A stretch of 64,000 bases of DNA from Eledone cirrhosa (lineage: Eukaryota): assembly GCA_964016885.1 (NCBI GenBank), contig OZ024759.1:13516001-13580000 (forward strand), given 5' to 3'. Below are positions 26,793 through 41,190 of this stretch, in pieces. A program made the translations under genes and the position numbers. The notes beneath the pieces are model-generated. The model was given only the letters and a program-made list of their open reading frames with translations, was not told the DNA's origin and did no database searches. The first letter of the stretch is position 1. The number at the start of each line of letters is the position of its first letter.

Positions 26793-27693
26793 GTCCTATG
26801 CGAGCAAGACAATCACTCTTGCCTCAAGTGGGAAAACCCCCGTCCAAACCCATGCAAGCGTGGAACACGGACGTTAAACGTTGATGATGATGATGATGAT
26901 GATGATATATATATATAAACTTTAATCTGCTATTTTAATAAATATATATATATCATCATCATCATCATCATTTTACGTCCGCTTTTCCCTGCTTGCAAGG
27001 GTGGGACGGGAACTGATTCTGGCTTGATTTCTACAGCTGGATGCCCTTCCTAACACCAACCTCATTTACAGTGAGTGCTGGGTGCTTTTTTGCCGTGGCA
27101 CCTCCACGACCACTTAACAGTAGAATGCTATGGACCCAAGTCCCTATCATCTCATTTCTACAGCTGAGTAAACTGGAGCAATGTGAAATAAAGTGTCTTG
27201 CTCAAGGAAACAACACATCACCCGGTCTGAGAATTGAACTCACAACCTTTTGATTGCAAGGCCAATGCTCTAACCACTAAGCCATGTGCCTCCATATATA
27301 TATATATATATATATGGTGATAGGAAGGGCATCCAGATGTAGAAACCTAGCCAGAAACAGTCCTATATGAGTAAGACACAGTCACCTGACCTAACTTACT
27401 TCTAATGGGCTGACTCGTCTAACCCATGCTAGCATAGAAAATGATCGTTAAACGATGATGATGATCATCATCATCAACATCATCGTTTAACATCTATCTT
27501 CCACGCTTGCATGGGTTACACGGGAATTATCCCACTTGAGGCAAGATTGATTGGGTCTCGTTCATATAGGACTGTTTCTGGCAGGTTTTCTATGGCTGGA
27601 TGTCCTTCCTAACACCAACTACATTTATAGTGATATATATATGATTAACATCTCTGTGGAATTGTTTCCACTAACAGATAGTTGTTGTGTTAC

Positions 27694-27930
27694 CTGAAAG
27701 GTCCGCAGTTGTGGGAATGGCTGTTGAAGACGACCAACATTGGAGGAATACAGCAGATAAATAACATCAACAGAAGCAAGACGTAGTAGAAGTTATTGGA
27801 GCGAGAAGCACGGAAGATTCTTTTCTCAGGGACATTGCATACTAGCACCGACCAGAAACGTATATAAGCCAAAATGCCGAGCTTCAGAAGATTCATCAGA
27901 CATAACCCAGGTGAGAAAAACCAGCCTAAC
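27694..27930 (-). CDS. tmc: TMC gene exon, LGWFFSPG...CNVPEKRIFRASRSNNFYY...NCGPF
   Basis: tctttacag acceptor, CAG|gtaac donor; 237 nt; CNVP..R.FRASRSNNFY and CGPF are hallmark TMC1-3 motifs. Confidence 0.97.
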
Positions 27931-28189
27931 CTGTAAAGAAATAAAAATAAGGGTAAACTTTCTTGAATAATTCCCAAAGGTTTTGATGGTCATATTCACT
28001 GAAAACACATCAAATCCAATAGAGAGATCAGAAATTTTCTATCCAAAAGTTGACAGTTCTAATATTCACCTTGTAACCCGAGAACTCTGAGGTGAGCCCT
28101 CCCTCTCTGTTGACTAAAAAAACAACAACAATGACAAATTAATAATTTCTGGCAGTTTAGAACGTCAGATTTGTTTCAGACATCTAAAA

Positions 28190-31100
28190 TATAAAATTAA
28201 CCTATAAAATGAGACAGATGTAATATTCAACCCTATAAATGAGACAGATGTAATATTCAACCCTATAAAATGAGACAGATGTAATATTCAACCCATATAA
28301 AATGAGACAGGTGTAATATTCAACCCTATAATATGAGACAGGTGTAATATCCAGCCCCTATAAAATGAGAAAGGTATAATATTTAACCCTATAAAATGAG
28401 ACAGGTGTAATATTTAACCCCGATAAATGAGACAGGTGTAGTACTCAGCCCCTATAAATAAGTCAGGTGTAATATTCAACCCTATAAAATGAGTCAGGTG
28501 TAATATTCAACCCCAATATAAATGAGTCAGTTGTAATATTCAACCCTATAAATGAGACAGGTGTAATATTTAACCCCTATAAATGAGACAGGTATAGTAC
28601 TCAGCCCCTATAAATGAGACAGGTGTAATATTCAACCCTATAAAATGAGACAGATGTAATATTCAACCCTATAAATGAGACAGATGTAATATTCAACACT
28701 ATAAAATGAGACAGATGTAATATTCAACCCTATAAAATGAGACAGATGTAATATTCAACCCTATAAATGAGACAGATGTAATATTCAACCCTATAAAATG
28801 AGACTGATGTAATATTCAACCCTATAAAATGAGACAGATGTAATATTCAACCCTATAAAATGAGACAGATGTAATATTCAACCCTATAAAATGAGACAGA
28901 TGTAATATTCAACCCTATAAATGAGACAGATGTAATATTCAACCCTATAAATGAGACAGATGTAATATTTAACCCTATAAAATGAGACAGATGTAATATT
29001 CAACCCTATAAATGAGACAGATGTAATATTCAACCCTATAAAATGAGACAGATGTAATATTCAACCCTATAAAATGAGACAGATGTAATATTCAACCCTA
29101 TAGATGAGACAGATGTAATATTCAACCCTATAAAATGAGACAGATGTAATATTCAACCCTATAAATGAGACAGATGTAATATTCAACCCTATAAAATGAG
29201 ACAGATGTAATATTCAACCCTATAAATGAGACAGATGTAATATTCAACCCTATAAAATGAGACAGATGTAATATTCAACCCCTATAAAATGAGACAGGTG
29301 TAATATTCAACCCTATAATATGAGACAGGTGTAATATCCAGCCCCTATAAAATGAGAAAGGTATAATATTTAACCCTATAAAATGAGACTGGTGTAATAT
29401 TTAACCCCGATAAATGAGACAGGTGTAGTACTCAGCCCCTATAAATAAGTCAGGTATAATATTCAACCCTATAAAATGAGTCAGGTGTAATATTTAACCC
29501 CAATATAAATGAGTCAGTTGTAATATTCAACCCTATAAATGAGACAGGTGTAATATTTAACCCCTATAAATGAGACAGGTATAGTACTCAGCCCCTATAA
29601 ATGAGACAGGTGTAATATTCAACCCTATAAAATGAGACAGATGTAATATTCAACCCTATAAATGAGACAGATGTAATATTCAACCCTATAAAATGAGACA
29701 GATGTAATATTCAACCCTATAAAATGAGACAGATGTAATATTCAACCCTATAAATGAGACAGATGTAATATTCAACCCTATAAAATGAGACAGATGTAAT
29801 ATTCAACCCTATAAAATGAGACAGATGTAATATTCAACCCTATAAAATGAGACAGATGTAATATTCAACCCTATAAAATGAGACAGATGTAATATTCAAC
29901 CCTATAAATGAGACAGATGTAATATTCAACCCTATAAATGAGACAGATGTAATATTTAACCCTATAAAATGAGACAGATGTAATATTCAACCCTATAAAT
30001 GAGACAGATGTAATATTCAACCCTATAAAATGAGACAGATGTAATATTCAACCCTATAAATGAGACAGATGTAATATTCAACCCTATAAAATGAGACAGA
30101 TGTAATATTCAACCCTATAAATGAGACAGATGTAATATTCAACCCTATAAAATGAGACAGATGTAATATTCAACCCTATAAAATGAGACAGATGTAATAT
30201 TCAACCCTATAAATGAGACAGATGTAATATTCAACCCTATAAAATGAGACAGATGTAATATTCAACCCATATAAAATGAGACAGGTGTAATATTCAACCC
30301 TATAATATGAGACAGGTGTAATATCCAGCCCCTATAAAATGAGAAAGGTATAATATTTAACCCTATAAAATGAGACAGGTGTAATATTTAACCCCTATAA
30401 ATGAGACAGGTGTAGTACTCAGCCCCTATAAATAAGTCAGGTGTAATATTCAACCCTATAAAATGAGTCAGGTGTAATATTCAACCCCAATATAAATGAG
30501 TCAGTTGTAATATTCAACCCTATAAATGAGACAGGTGTAATATTTAACCCCTATAAATGAGAGAGGTATAGTACTCAGCCCCTATAAATGAGACAGGTGT
30601 AATATTCAACCCTATAAAATGAGACAGATGTAATATTCAACCCTATAAATGAGACAGATGTAATATTCAACCCTATAAAATGAGACAGATGTAATATTCA
30701 ACCCCTATAAAATGAGACAGGTGTAATATTCAACCCTATAATATGAGACAGGTGTAATATCCAGCCCCTATAAAATGAGAAAGGTATAATATTTAACCCT
30801 ATAAAATGAGACTGGTGTAATATTTAACCCCGATAAATGAGACAGGTGTAGTACTCAGCCCCTATAAATAAGTCAGGTATAATATTCAACCCTATAAAAT
30901 GAGTCAGGTGTAATATTTAACCCCAATATAAATGAGTCAGTTGTAATATTCAACCCTATAAATGAGACAGGTGTAATATTTAACCCCTATAAATGAGACA
31001 GGTATAGTACTCAGCCCCTATAAATGAGACAGGTGTAATATTCAACCCTATAAAATGAGACAGATGTAATATTCAACCCTATAAATGAGACAGATGTAAT

Positions 31101-32505
31101 ATTCAACCCTATAAAATGAGACAGATGTAATATTCAACCCTATAAAATGAGACAGATGTAATATTCAACCCTATAAATGAGACAGATGTAATATTCAACC
31201 CTATAAAATGAGACAGATGTAATATTCAACCCTATAAAATGAGACAGATGTAATATTCAACCCTATAAAATGAGACAGATGTAATATTCAACCCTATAAA
31301 ATGAGACAGATGTAATATTCAACCCTATAAATGAGACAGATGTAATATTCAACCCTATAAATGAGACAGATGTAATATTTAACCCTATAAAATGAGACAG
31401 ATGTAATATTCAACCCTATAAATGAGACAGATGTAATATTCAACCCTATAAAATGAGACAGATGTAATATTCAACCCTATAAAATGAGACAGATGTAATA
31501 TTCAACCCTATAAATGAGACAGATGTAATATTCAACCCTATAAAATGAGACAGATGTAATATTCAACCCTATAAATGAGACAGATGTAATATTCAACCCT
31601 ATAAAATGAGACAGATGTAATATTCAACCCTATAAAATGAGACAGATGTAATATTCAACCCTATAAATGAGACAGATGTAATATTCAACCCTATAAAATG
31701 AGACAGATGTAATATTCAACCCATATAAAATGAGACAGGTGTAATATTCAACCCTATAATATGAGACAGGTGTAATATCCAGCCCCTATAAAATGAGAAA
31801 GGTATAATATTTAACCCTATAAAATGAGACAGGTGTAATATTTAACCCCTATAAATGAGACAGGTGTAGTACTCAGCCCCTATAAATAAGTCAGGTGTAA
31901 TATTCAACCCTATAAAATGAGTCAGGTGTAATATTCAACCCCAATATAAATGAGTCAGTTGTAATATTCAACCCTATAAATGAGACAGGTGTAATATTTA
32001 ACCCCTATAAATGAGAGAGGTATAGTACTCAGCCCCTATAAATGAGACAGGTGTAATATTCAACCCTATAAAATGAGACAGATGTAATATTCAACCCTAT
32101 AAATGAGACAGATGTAATATTCAACCCTATAAAATGAGACAGATGTAATATTCAACCCATATAAAATGAGACAGGTGTAATATTCAACCCTATAATATGA
32201 GACAGGTGTAATATCCAGCCCCTATAAAATGAGAAAGGTATAATATTTAACCCTATAAAATGAGACAGGTGTAATATTTAACCCCTATAAATGAGACAGG
32301 TGTAGTACTCAGCCCCTATAAAATGAGTCAGGTGTAATATTCAACCCAATATAAATGAGTCAGTTGTAATATTCAACCCTATAAATGAGACAGGTGTAAT
32401 ATTTAACCCCTATAAATGAGAGAGGTATAGTAATCAGCCACTATAAATGAGACAGGTGTAATATTCAACCCTATAAAATGAGACAGATGTAATATTCAAC
32501 CCCAA
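28190..32505. repeat. 30-31-bp satellite (ttcaaccctataaaatgagacagatgtaata)n with higher-order structure
   Basis: ~4.3-kb tandem array read directly; diagnostic variant block recurs six times. Confidence 0.97.
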
Positions 32506-33408
32506 TGTACTACTGGAACTTTATTTTATCAACCCTGTAAGGATGAAAGGCAAAGCTAACCTCGGCAGGATTTGAAATCAGAACGTAAAGGGCCATAACT
32601 CTATTCTGCAAAGCTTGGTGTCTGACACTCTACCGATACTGCCAATCCACCACCCTTTGATAATTGTTTCTACTTTTTTTGCACAAGGCCAGCAATTACC
32701 TCAGTGCATTACTGGTACTTTATTTTATCGACCCTGTAAGGATGAAACACAAAGTTAACCTCAGCAGGATTTGAACTCAGACCATAAAAGGCCGTAACTC
32801 TATGCTGCAAAGCATGGTACCTGACATTCTACCAATACTGTCAATCTACCACTCATAATAAATAAATAATTGTTTCTACTTTAGGCACAAGGCCAGCAAT
32901 TACCCAGTGCATTGCTGGTACTTTATTTTATCGACCCCGTAAGGATGAAAGGCAAAGTCAACCTCGGCGGGATTTGAAGTCAGATCGTAAAGGGACATAA
33001 CTATGCTGGAAAGTATGTCCGACCCTCTACCGATACTGCCAATTCACCAAATAAATAATAAAGGCTTGGTTGACCTTTGGTAGAAGGAAGCATTTGTCAA
33101 AGGAACTATGCTGTGATTGGACTGTCCGTGTTTCCGTTGTTTTTTCCATAAGGCATTACTTGATTAAAAAAACCCGCCTTTAACCCAACTGGAAGCCCAC
33201 ACCACAAGATGCCCTCTCACCGGACCTGTTAAATCCTCCATGACACCCCCGCCCCTTATTACCTTTCAGTGAATACACCACACCCACACTAATTAATGGT
33301 TTCTGATTTAGACAAGGCCAACAATTACTTTATCGACCACATAACGATGAAAGGTAAAGCAAACCTCGGCGGAATTTTAAATCAGAATGTAATTATGACT
33401 AAACTTAC

Positions 33409-33476
33409 CATATCATACCTTGGTTATTAATCAGGTGGAGAATATTCTCAGCTGTCTTAAATTCAGGATATTCTGG
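33409..33476 (-). CDS. tmc: TMC gene exon, PEYPEFKTAENILHLINNQGMI(W)
   Basis: ctttctag acceptor, gtaagt donor; 68 nt, phase 0 to 2; TMC motif EFxxxENILxLxxNQGMIW. Confidence 0.95.
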
Positions 33477-33882
33477 CTAGAAAGATCAATCAATCATTGT
33501 TTAGGTAGATTTTTTAATATTTATGCAAAAATACATACAGATATGACACCTGTATATCATCATCATCATTTCATCATTTCATTTTACGTCCGCTTTTCCC
33601 TGCTTGCAAGGGTGGGACGGGAACTGATTCTGGCTTGATTTCTACAGCTGGATGCCCTTCCTAACACCAACCTAACTTACAGTGAGTGCTGGGTGCTTTT
33701 TTGCCGTGGCACCTCCACGACCACTTTGCAGTGGAATGATATGGACCCCAGTCCCTATCATCTCATTTCTACAGTGAAATAAAGTGTCTTGCTCAAGGAA
33801 ACAACACATCACCCGGTCTGAGAATTGAACTCACAACCTTTCGATTGCAAGGCCAATGCTCTAACGACTAAGCCATGTGCCT

Positions 33883-33946
<64 letters not shown>

Positions 33947-34182
33947 GCAATCTGCAATTATGCAAATAGCCCCTTTTTAAGCCATGTCAGTAGAATGACC
34001 CCATCATTCTTGCACTTGTATTGGCATGCAAACAGAGAACTGCAGACACTAATGTTTCTGGGTGATTACCTTTCATCAGTGCAGTATGCTGCTTACCTGT
34101 CAAAGCTAGTGAAAATATATATCTTCTAAAATATACACTGGCTGATCGGCCTGATTTGCATATATCTATATATTTATGTGTG

Positions 34183-34247
<65 letters not shown>

Positions 34248-34257
34248 ATAAATACAA

Positions 34258-34318
<61 letters not shown>

Positions 34319-34409
34319 CAGATATGTGTGAGTGTGTAAATGTATGTATCTATATGTATATTATGTAAAGGAGGATTACAATAGCAATAATTTATAAAGG
34401 CGAACTTAC

Positions 34410-34538
34410 GAAGGTTTTTTCCAAATTCCAGCACCAGCACTGGTTACAGAATCGTACCCAGATTCCCCGTAGAAAATCTTGGATCAATATTAGAATAATG
34501 GTCATAGCTAAGTCGAGTTCTGTGAGTTTGATAACTTC
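34410..34538 (-). CDS. tmc: TMC gene exon, [43 protein letters not shown]
   Basis: ttccacag acceptor, gtaagt donor; 129 nt; TMC-domain motif DFxR..VR..N.CWCW.LE. Confidence 0.95.
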
Positions 34539-34656
34539 CTGTGGAAATAATATATTTAGAGGTCAATACTTTAGCTGTGTCATGACAGTGAAATGGTTTA
34601 TTTTCTTTTTTTCAAATTTACAGCTCACATATGTGAGTTTAGTTGGCCCCTTAGCT

Positions 34657-35533
34657 GGTTGTATCTCATAGCAGCTTTCTTGGGTGTTTTATAATAGGGG
34701 CTCTTGTCCTATCATGGTTGTATCTCATAGCAGCTTTCTTGAGTGTTTTATAATAGGGGCTCTTGTCCTATCATGGTTGTATCTCATAGGAACTTTCTTG
34801 GGTGTTTTATAATAGGGGCTCTTGTCCTATCATGGTTGTATCTCATAGGAACTTTCTTGGGTGTTTTATAATAGGGGCTCTTATCCTATCATGGTTGTAT
34901 CTCATAGGAACTTTCTTGGGTGTTTTATAATAGGGGCTCTTGTCCTATCATGGTTGTATCTCATAGGAACTTTCTTGGGTGTTTTATAATAGGGGCTCTT
35001 ATCCTATCATGGTTGTATCTCATAGGAACTTTCTTGGGTGTTTTATAATAGGGGCTCTTGTCCTATCATGGTTGTATCTCATAGGAACTTTCTTGGGTGT
35101 TTTATAATAGGGGCTCTTGTCCTATCATGGTTGTATCTCATAGGAACTTTCTTGGGTGTTTTATAATAGGGGCTCTTGTCCTATCATGGTTGTATCTCAT
35201 AGGAACTTTCTTGGGTGTTTTATAATAGGGGCTCTTGTCCTATCATGGTTGTATCTCATAGCAGCTTTCTTGAGTGTTTTATAATAGGGGCTCTTGTCCT
35301 ATCATGGTTGTATCTCATAGCAGCTTTCTTGAGTGTTTTATAATAGGGGCTCTTATCCTATCATGGTTGTATCTCATAGGAACTTTCTTGGGTGTTTTAT
35401 AATAGGGGCTCTTGTCCTATCATGGTTGTATCTCATAGGAACTTTCTTTAAAGACATGGGCCCCTGTCCTATCATGGTTGTATCTCATAGGTGGTTTTTT
35501 GGGTGTTTTATAATAGGGGCTCTTGTCCTATTA
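34657..35533. repeat. 59-bp minisatellite, ~15 copies
   Basis: ggttgtatctcataggaactttcttgggtgttttataataggggctcttgtcctatcat repeated. Confidence 0.97.
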
Positions 35534-36366
35534 TGAAAAGAAATGTGACATGAAACAATAATTACCAATAAATGATAGTTGAACAAAACAGGTAAAATAT
35601 CCCTGGAGATGGAAAAAGCTGAACAGAGGTATCAACAAAGAATCAAACACCACATCACTGATACTTGCCATATGACCAAGCTTCTACACAGTTTCTACCT
35701 ACCAAATTTCACTGACAAGGGATTGGTCAACCTAATGCTATAATAACAATTTCTACTATCGGCACAAGGGCAGCAATTTTGGGGGGGAAGGGGAAGTCAA
35801 TTAAATCGACCCCAGTGCTTTACTGGTGCTTTATTTTATTGACCCTGTAAGGATGAAAGGATTTGAACTCAGAATATAAAGGGCCATAACTCTATGCTAT
35901 GGAGCATGGTGCTCGACGCTCTACTGATACTGCCAATCCACTGCCCTGATGCTATAATAACAGGCACTCATCTAAGGTACCATCAGGGGAATTTTAAACC
36001 CAAACAATATGATTACAGAGGTCACTCCTTAAGCCTTTAGCATTTAAACCAGCCGTATCCAGCCAGAATTCTCTCACCTCTTTCTGTTCAAACTGGCTGC
36101 AACCGGTTGCTCATACTGAGGTTAAGGTATTGTTCTCAAAATAAATAATATCAAAATCTCATAGATTCGATATCATGTGAGATAATTATGAGAGGTAAAG
36201 CCTTTACCATGACAATACAATAGTATATATAGAGTAATGTAAATGTTATGTGAGGTATTATGTGAGGTAAAGCCTTTACTGTGAAAATACAATAGTATAT
36301 ATCGAGTAGTGTAAATGTTATGTGAGGTATTATGTGTGGTAAAGCCTTTACTGGGAAATACAATAG

Positions 36367-37475
36367 CATCATCATCATCATCAACGTTTAACGTCCGTGT
36401 TCCACGCTTGCATGGGTTTGGACGGGGGTAGTCCCACTTGAGGCAAGAGTGATTGTCTTGCTCGCATAGGACTGTCTGGCAGGTTTTCTACAGTTGGATG
36501 CCCTTCCTAACACCAACCACATTTACAGTGTGGGTCTGGGAGGTTTTTACCGTGTTGCCTACACGGCCACATTACAGCGTGGACTGTGTGTTTTTTTGTC
36601 GTGACGCCTACACAATCTCATTTGTTTCGGCCTGGATGGCACGGCACCAACATAACTTTACATAGAACGGGGTGGTGTGGATGTGGTGGGGGTGGTGGTG
36701 GTGGGACGGGGTGTATTTTGTTAGAGATGCCTACTGGCTGTAGTAGGTTTTACTATGTATTTAGGTAAGGCGGGTCTTCTCTGTTACTGAGTACCGCCAA
36801 AGGTCTCGGTCAAGTGACATTGTCTTGGAGAGGTGTAAGTGTGTGAGGTCGGAGTTTATCAGCTCGTCCCAGGTTTTTCTAGGTCTGCCTATTCCGTGGC
36901 TACCGTCTATTTTTATTGCCCTGCACTTTGTTATACAGCTATCAACTTTCATGCGCATCACGTGTCCATACCAACGTAGCCTTCTCTCGAGTAAACAACA
37001 TCTGATCCCTCTTATTTCTAATTTTTTCCTTAGTTCGTTTATGCTTTGCCGTTCACGTATATTACTGTTATATATCCAGCGGAGCATGCAAGCTTCGTTC
37101 CTCTCTAGTCTGCGTATATTCTCTGCACACAATGCCCAGGTCTCACTGCCATGCAACATTGCTGTTCGTATGCAGGCATCGTACAACCTGCCTTTCATTT
37201 TTAGGGAGAACGCTTTAGCAGCTAATAGTGGTATAAGCTCTCTGAACTTTTTCCAACCAGTTCTGACTCTAGCTACTGTACTTTCAGAGCACCCTCCCCC
37301 ACTGCTGATTTTATCGCCCAAGTAACGGAAGCTGTCCACTATTTCTATAGAACCCTCTGCGCAATTGAAAGAGCTAGTATTTTGTGGGCACTTGCTGCTA
37401 CTTATTGCACCAGAGCACCGGCCACATGTAAAATCTATGTTCTTAGTTAGCTTACCTGTGATCCCACTACATCTT
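36367..37475 (-). mobile_element. RTE 3' fragment closely related to the 45190-48697 copy, inserted in the MITE-derived satellite
   Basis: ORF 36761-37339 nearly identical to the 47620-48194 translation; (CAT)n tail at 36367. Confidence 0.92.
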
Positions 37476-38498
37476 TTATATATAGAGTAATGTAAATGTT
37501 ATGTGAGGTATTATGTGTGGTAAAGCTTTTACCATGAAAACATAATAGTATATATAGAGTAATGTAAATATTATGTGAGATATTATGTGAGGTAAAGCTT
37601 TTACTGTGAAAATACAATAGTATATATAGAGTAATGTAAATGTTATGTGAGATATTATGTGAGGTAAAGCCTTTACTGTGAAAATACAATAGTATATATA
37701 GAGTAATGTAAATGTTATGTGAGATATTATGTGAGGTAAAGCCTTTACTGTGAAAATACAATAGTATATATAGAGTAATGTAAATGTTATGTGAGATAAA
37801 GCCTTTACTGTGACAATACAATAATATATATAGAGTAATGTAAATGTTATGTGAGATATTATGTGAGGTAAAGCCTTTACCATGAAAATACAATAGTATA
37901 TATAGAGTAATGTAAATGTTATGTGAGATATTATGTGAGGTAAAGCCTTTACTGTGAAAATACAATAGTATATATAGAGTAATGTAAATGTTATGTGAGA
38001 TATTATGTGAGATTATGCCTTTACTGTGACAATACAATAGTATATATAGAGTAATGTAAATGTTATGTAAGGTAAAGCCTTTACTGTGAAAATACAATAG
38101 TATATATAGAATAATGTAAATGTTATGTGAGATATTATGTGAGGTAAAGCCTTTACTGTGAAAATACAATAGTATATATAGAGTAATGTAAATGTTATGT
38201 GAGATATTATGTGAGATTATGCCTTTACTGTGACAATACAATAGTATATATAGAGTAATGTAAATGTTATGTAAGGTAAAGCCTTTACTGTGAAAATACA
38301 ATAGTATATATAGAATAATGTAAATGTTATGTGAGATATTATGTGAGGTAAAGCCTTTACTGTGAAAATACAATAGTATATATAGAGTAATGTAAATGTT
38401 ATGTGAGATATTATGTGAGATAAAGCCTTTACTGTGACAATACAATAGTATATACAGAGTAATGTAAATGTTATGTGAGATATTATGTGAGGTAAAGC
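37476..38498. repeat. 72/60-bp satellite derived from the piggyBac MITE interior
   Basis: tatatagagtaatgtaaatgttatgtgagatattatgtgaggtaaagcctttactgtgaaaatacaatag units. Confidence 0.95.
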
Positions 38499-39254
38499 GT
38501 GCACATGTGTGTGAGTGTTTGTATTGGACTTTGTGTGTATATGTAAATGTGTGTGTGTTTATGTGACTTTATGTGAATGTGTGTGTGTCTATCCATGTGT
38601 GACTGCGTATATATATACGTGAATGTGTGTGTTTATCCTTATACGTATATGTGAATGTGTTCAGGTGTGTGTACATGCGACTGCGTATGTATATGTGAAT
38701 GTGTGTACCTGTATATGTATGAGTATTACCATATATGGCTATGTATGTATATGTAAATGTGTGCACATGTATGTATGTTCATATGTAACTATGTGTGTAT
38801 ATGTAGTTGCAAACATATGTGTCCACACTTGACTGAATATATATATGAAATATGCATAGGTGAATAGAAAACTTTCTTTAGAATCTTTAATACAATATAT
38901 TATTTATATACGTCAAGGGAAACGTATTTGCAAAGTTTCTTAGAATGTAATAAAATAAATATTTGGAAAGAAGATAAAATAATTGTTCCTACTTTTGGCA
39001 CAAGGCCAGCAATTAACCAGTACATTACTGGTACTACTTTATTTTATCGACCCCGTAAGGATGAAAGGCAAAGTTAACCTCGGCGGGATTTGAACTCAGA
39101 ATGGCAAGGGCCATAACTCAATGCGTCAAAAGCATGGCGTCTGACCCTCTACCGATACTGCCAATCCACCGCTCTAAGAAGATAAAATAATATAAATTAA
39201 ATGAAATATGTATGAGTGTGTGTGTGTTGAACATATATAAAGTCTGAAGTCTGT

Positions 39255-39522
39255 CTTAAGCCAGAAGGCTCATTTGGCCGGTGCTTATCCCAGTTTTATT
39301 GCGTGTAGTGACTGGGAGTACAATACTCACCCCCTGGACAGGTCGCCAGTCCATTGGGTGAAGCCCCCAGCTATTGCTGGTACTCATTTTCATCTGAGTA
39401 TACTGGAGCAACGTGAAATGAAGTGTTTTGCTCAAGAACACAACACACAACTCAATCCCGGAATCGAACCCACGACATTATGATCGTAAGTCGAACATCC
39501 TTACCACTAGGCCATGTGCCTC
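39255..39522 (-). mobile_element. tRNA-derived SINE with Meta/V-like body
   Basis: tggcctagtgg / ggttcgattcc boxes; ggactggcgacctgtccagggg segment. Confidence 0.7.
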
Positions 39523-40107
39523 TACTGTGTGAGCATATATACTTATATCATCATCATCATCGTTTAACGTCCATCTTCCATGCTAGCATGGGTTTGACGG
39601 GAGTTGTCCCACTTGAGGCAAGGTTGGTCGGGTGACCATGTCTCGCTCATATAGAACTATCTGGCAGGTTTTCTACGGCTGGATGCCCTTCCTAACACCA
39701 ACCACATTTACAGTATGGAACTGGGAACTTTTTACCATGTTACCTACACAACCACATTACAGTGTGGACTGTGTGTTTTTTTGTCGTGACACCTACACAA
39801 TCTCGATCTCATTATCTCATTTATTTGGACTGGATGTTGTGGATGTTATATATATCTCTCTCTCTCTATATATATATAGATATATACATACTTATATATA
39901 TACGTGTTAAGTATTTCCGTAGAAAAAGGGTAAAGGAAAGAAGAGTGTTCTATGTATAGTACAGAGCTATTTAATTACGTAATAAACAATATAATTATTT
40001 TATTACTGAAGCTTTCAAGGAACTAGATGTTTCTTGCAAGAAACATTTAGTTCCTTGAAACCTTCGGTAATGAATTAATTTTATTGTGTTGTTTATTATG
40101 TAATATA

Positions 40108-40148
<41 letters not shown>

Positions 40149-40564
40149 TAAAATAGCAGATTAAAGTTTAAGCAAAGAATTGCTGCTTATCGAGCTCTCT
40201 TTGGATTTTAGTCTTCACATTTATTATTATTACTATATATATATAATATATATATAGTTATGTAATAACCAACATAAGATAATTATTTCATTTACCAGTG
40301 GTTTCTTGAAAGCAAATAAATCTGCTTTCAGTTGTCAGAATGAAAAAAACCTGGTGTTTTTATTGAATGTGATTCAATAAAAACACCAGGTTTTTTTCAT
40401 TCTGACAACTGAAAGCAGATTTATTTGCTTTCAAGAAACCACTGGTAAATGAAATAATTATCTTATGTTGTTTATTACATAATTAATAAGCTCTGTAACC
40501 TATATAGAGAACTCTTTTTTCCTGTACCTATCTGATGGAATTACTTCATTAATATATATGTATA

Positions 40565-41190
40565 TATGAAAAGAAATGAAGCTTGCATGCTCCGATGGAT
40601 GTGTGTAATAGCAATACATGAGAACAGCGAAGCATAAACGAACTAAGAGAGAAACTAGGTATAAGAGGAATCAAATGATGTGTGCAGGAGAGGAGATTGC
40701 ATTGGTATGGACATGTGATGCATATGAAGGATAGCAGCTGTATAAAAAGGTGTAGAGCACTTAAAGTCGATGGAAGTGGGAAAACTTAGGAAGAATTGGG
40801 ATGATGTGATAAAAGGTGACCTTGTGCAATTGCACCTCTCAAAGGGGATGACATGGGACTGAGATTTCTGGCGTTACGCAGTAATACAGAAGACCCAACT
40901 TCCCGTGGGCACAAGCTGAAACTGAAGCACACATACACTATTCACCACCCACCCCACCCTCCCATACATCTCCCACATGGACAGTATAAAGTAAACATCC
41001 AGTGAAGCACCCAGTCCACACTGTAAAATGGTCGTGTAGGTCTTATGACAAAAAGCAGCCAGCCCACACTGTAAAGTGGTCATGTAGGTCTCATGGCAAA
41101 AAGCAGCCAGTCCACACTGTAAAGTGGTCATGTAGGTGTCATGGCAAAAAGCAGCCAGTCCACACTGTAAAGTGGTCATGTAGGTGTCAG
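40565..41190 (+). mobile_element. RTE 3' fragment
   Basis: ERRLHWYGHV..MKD motif and repeated 3'UTR units. Confidence 0.8.

Noticed and set aside
28190-35533. Possible CRISPR arrays or telomeric repeats
   Set aside because: Head-to-tail monomers without unique spacers, no cas genes, eukaryotic context; aaccct is only part of a 31-mer, not (TTAGGG)n
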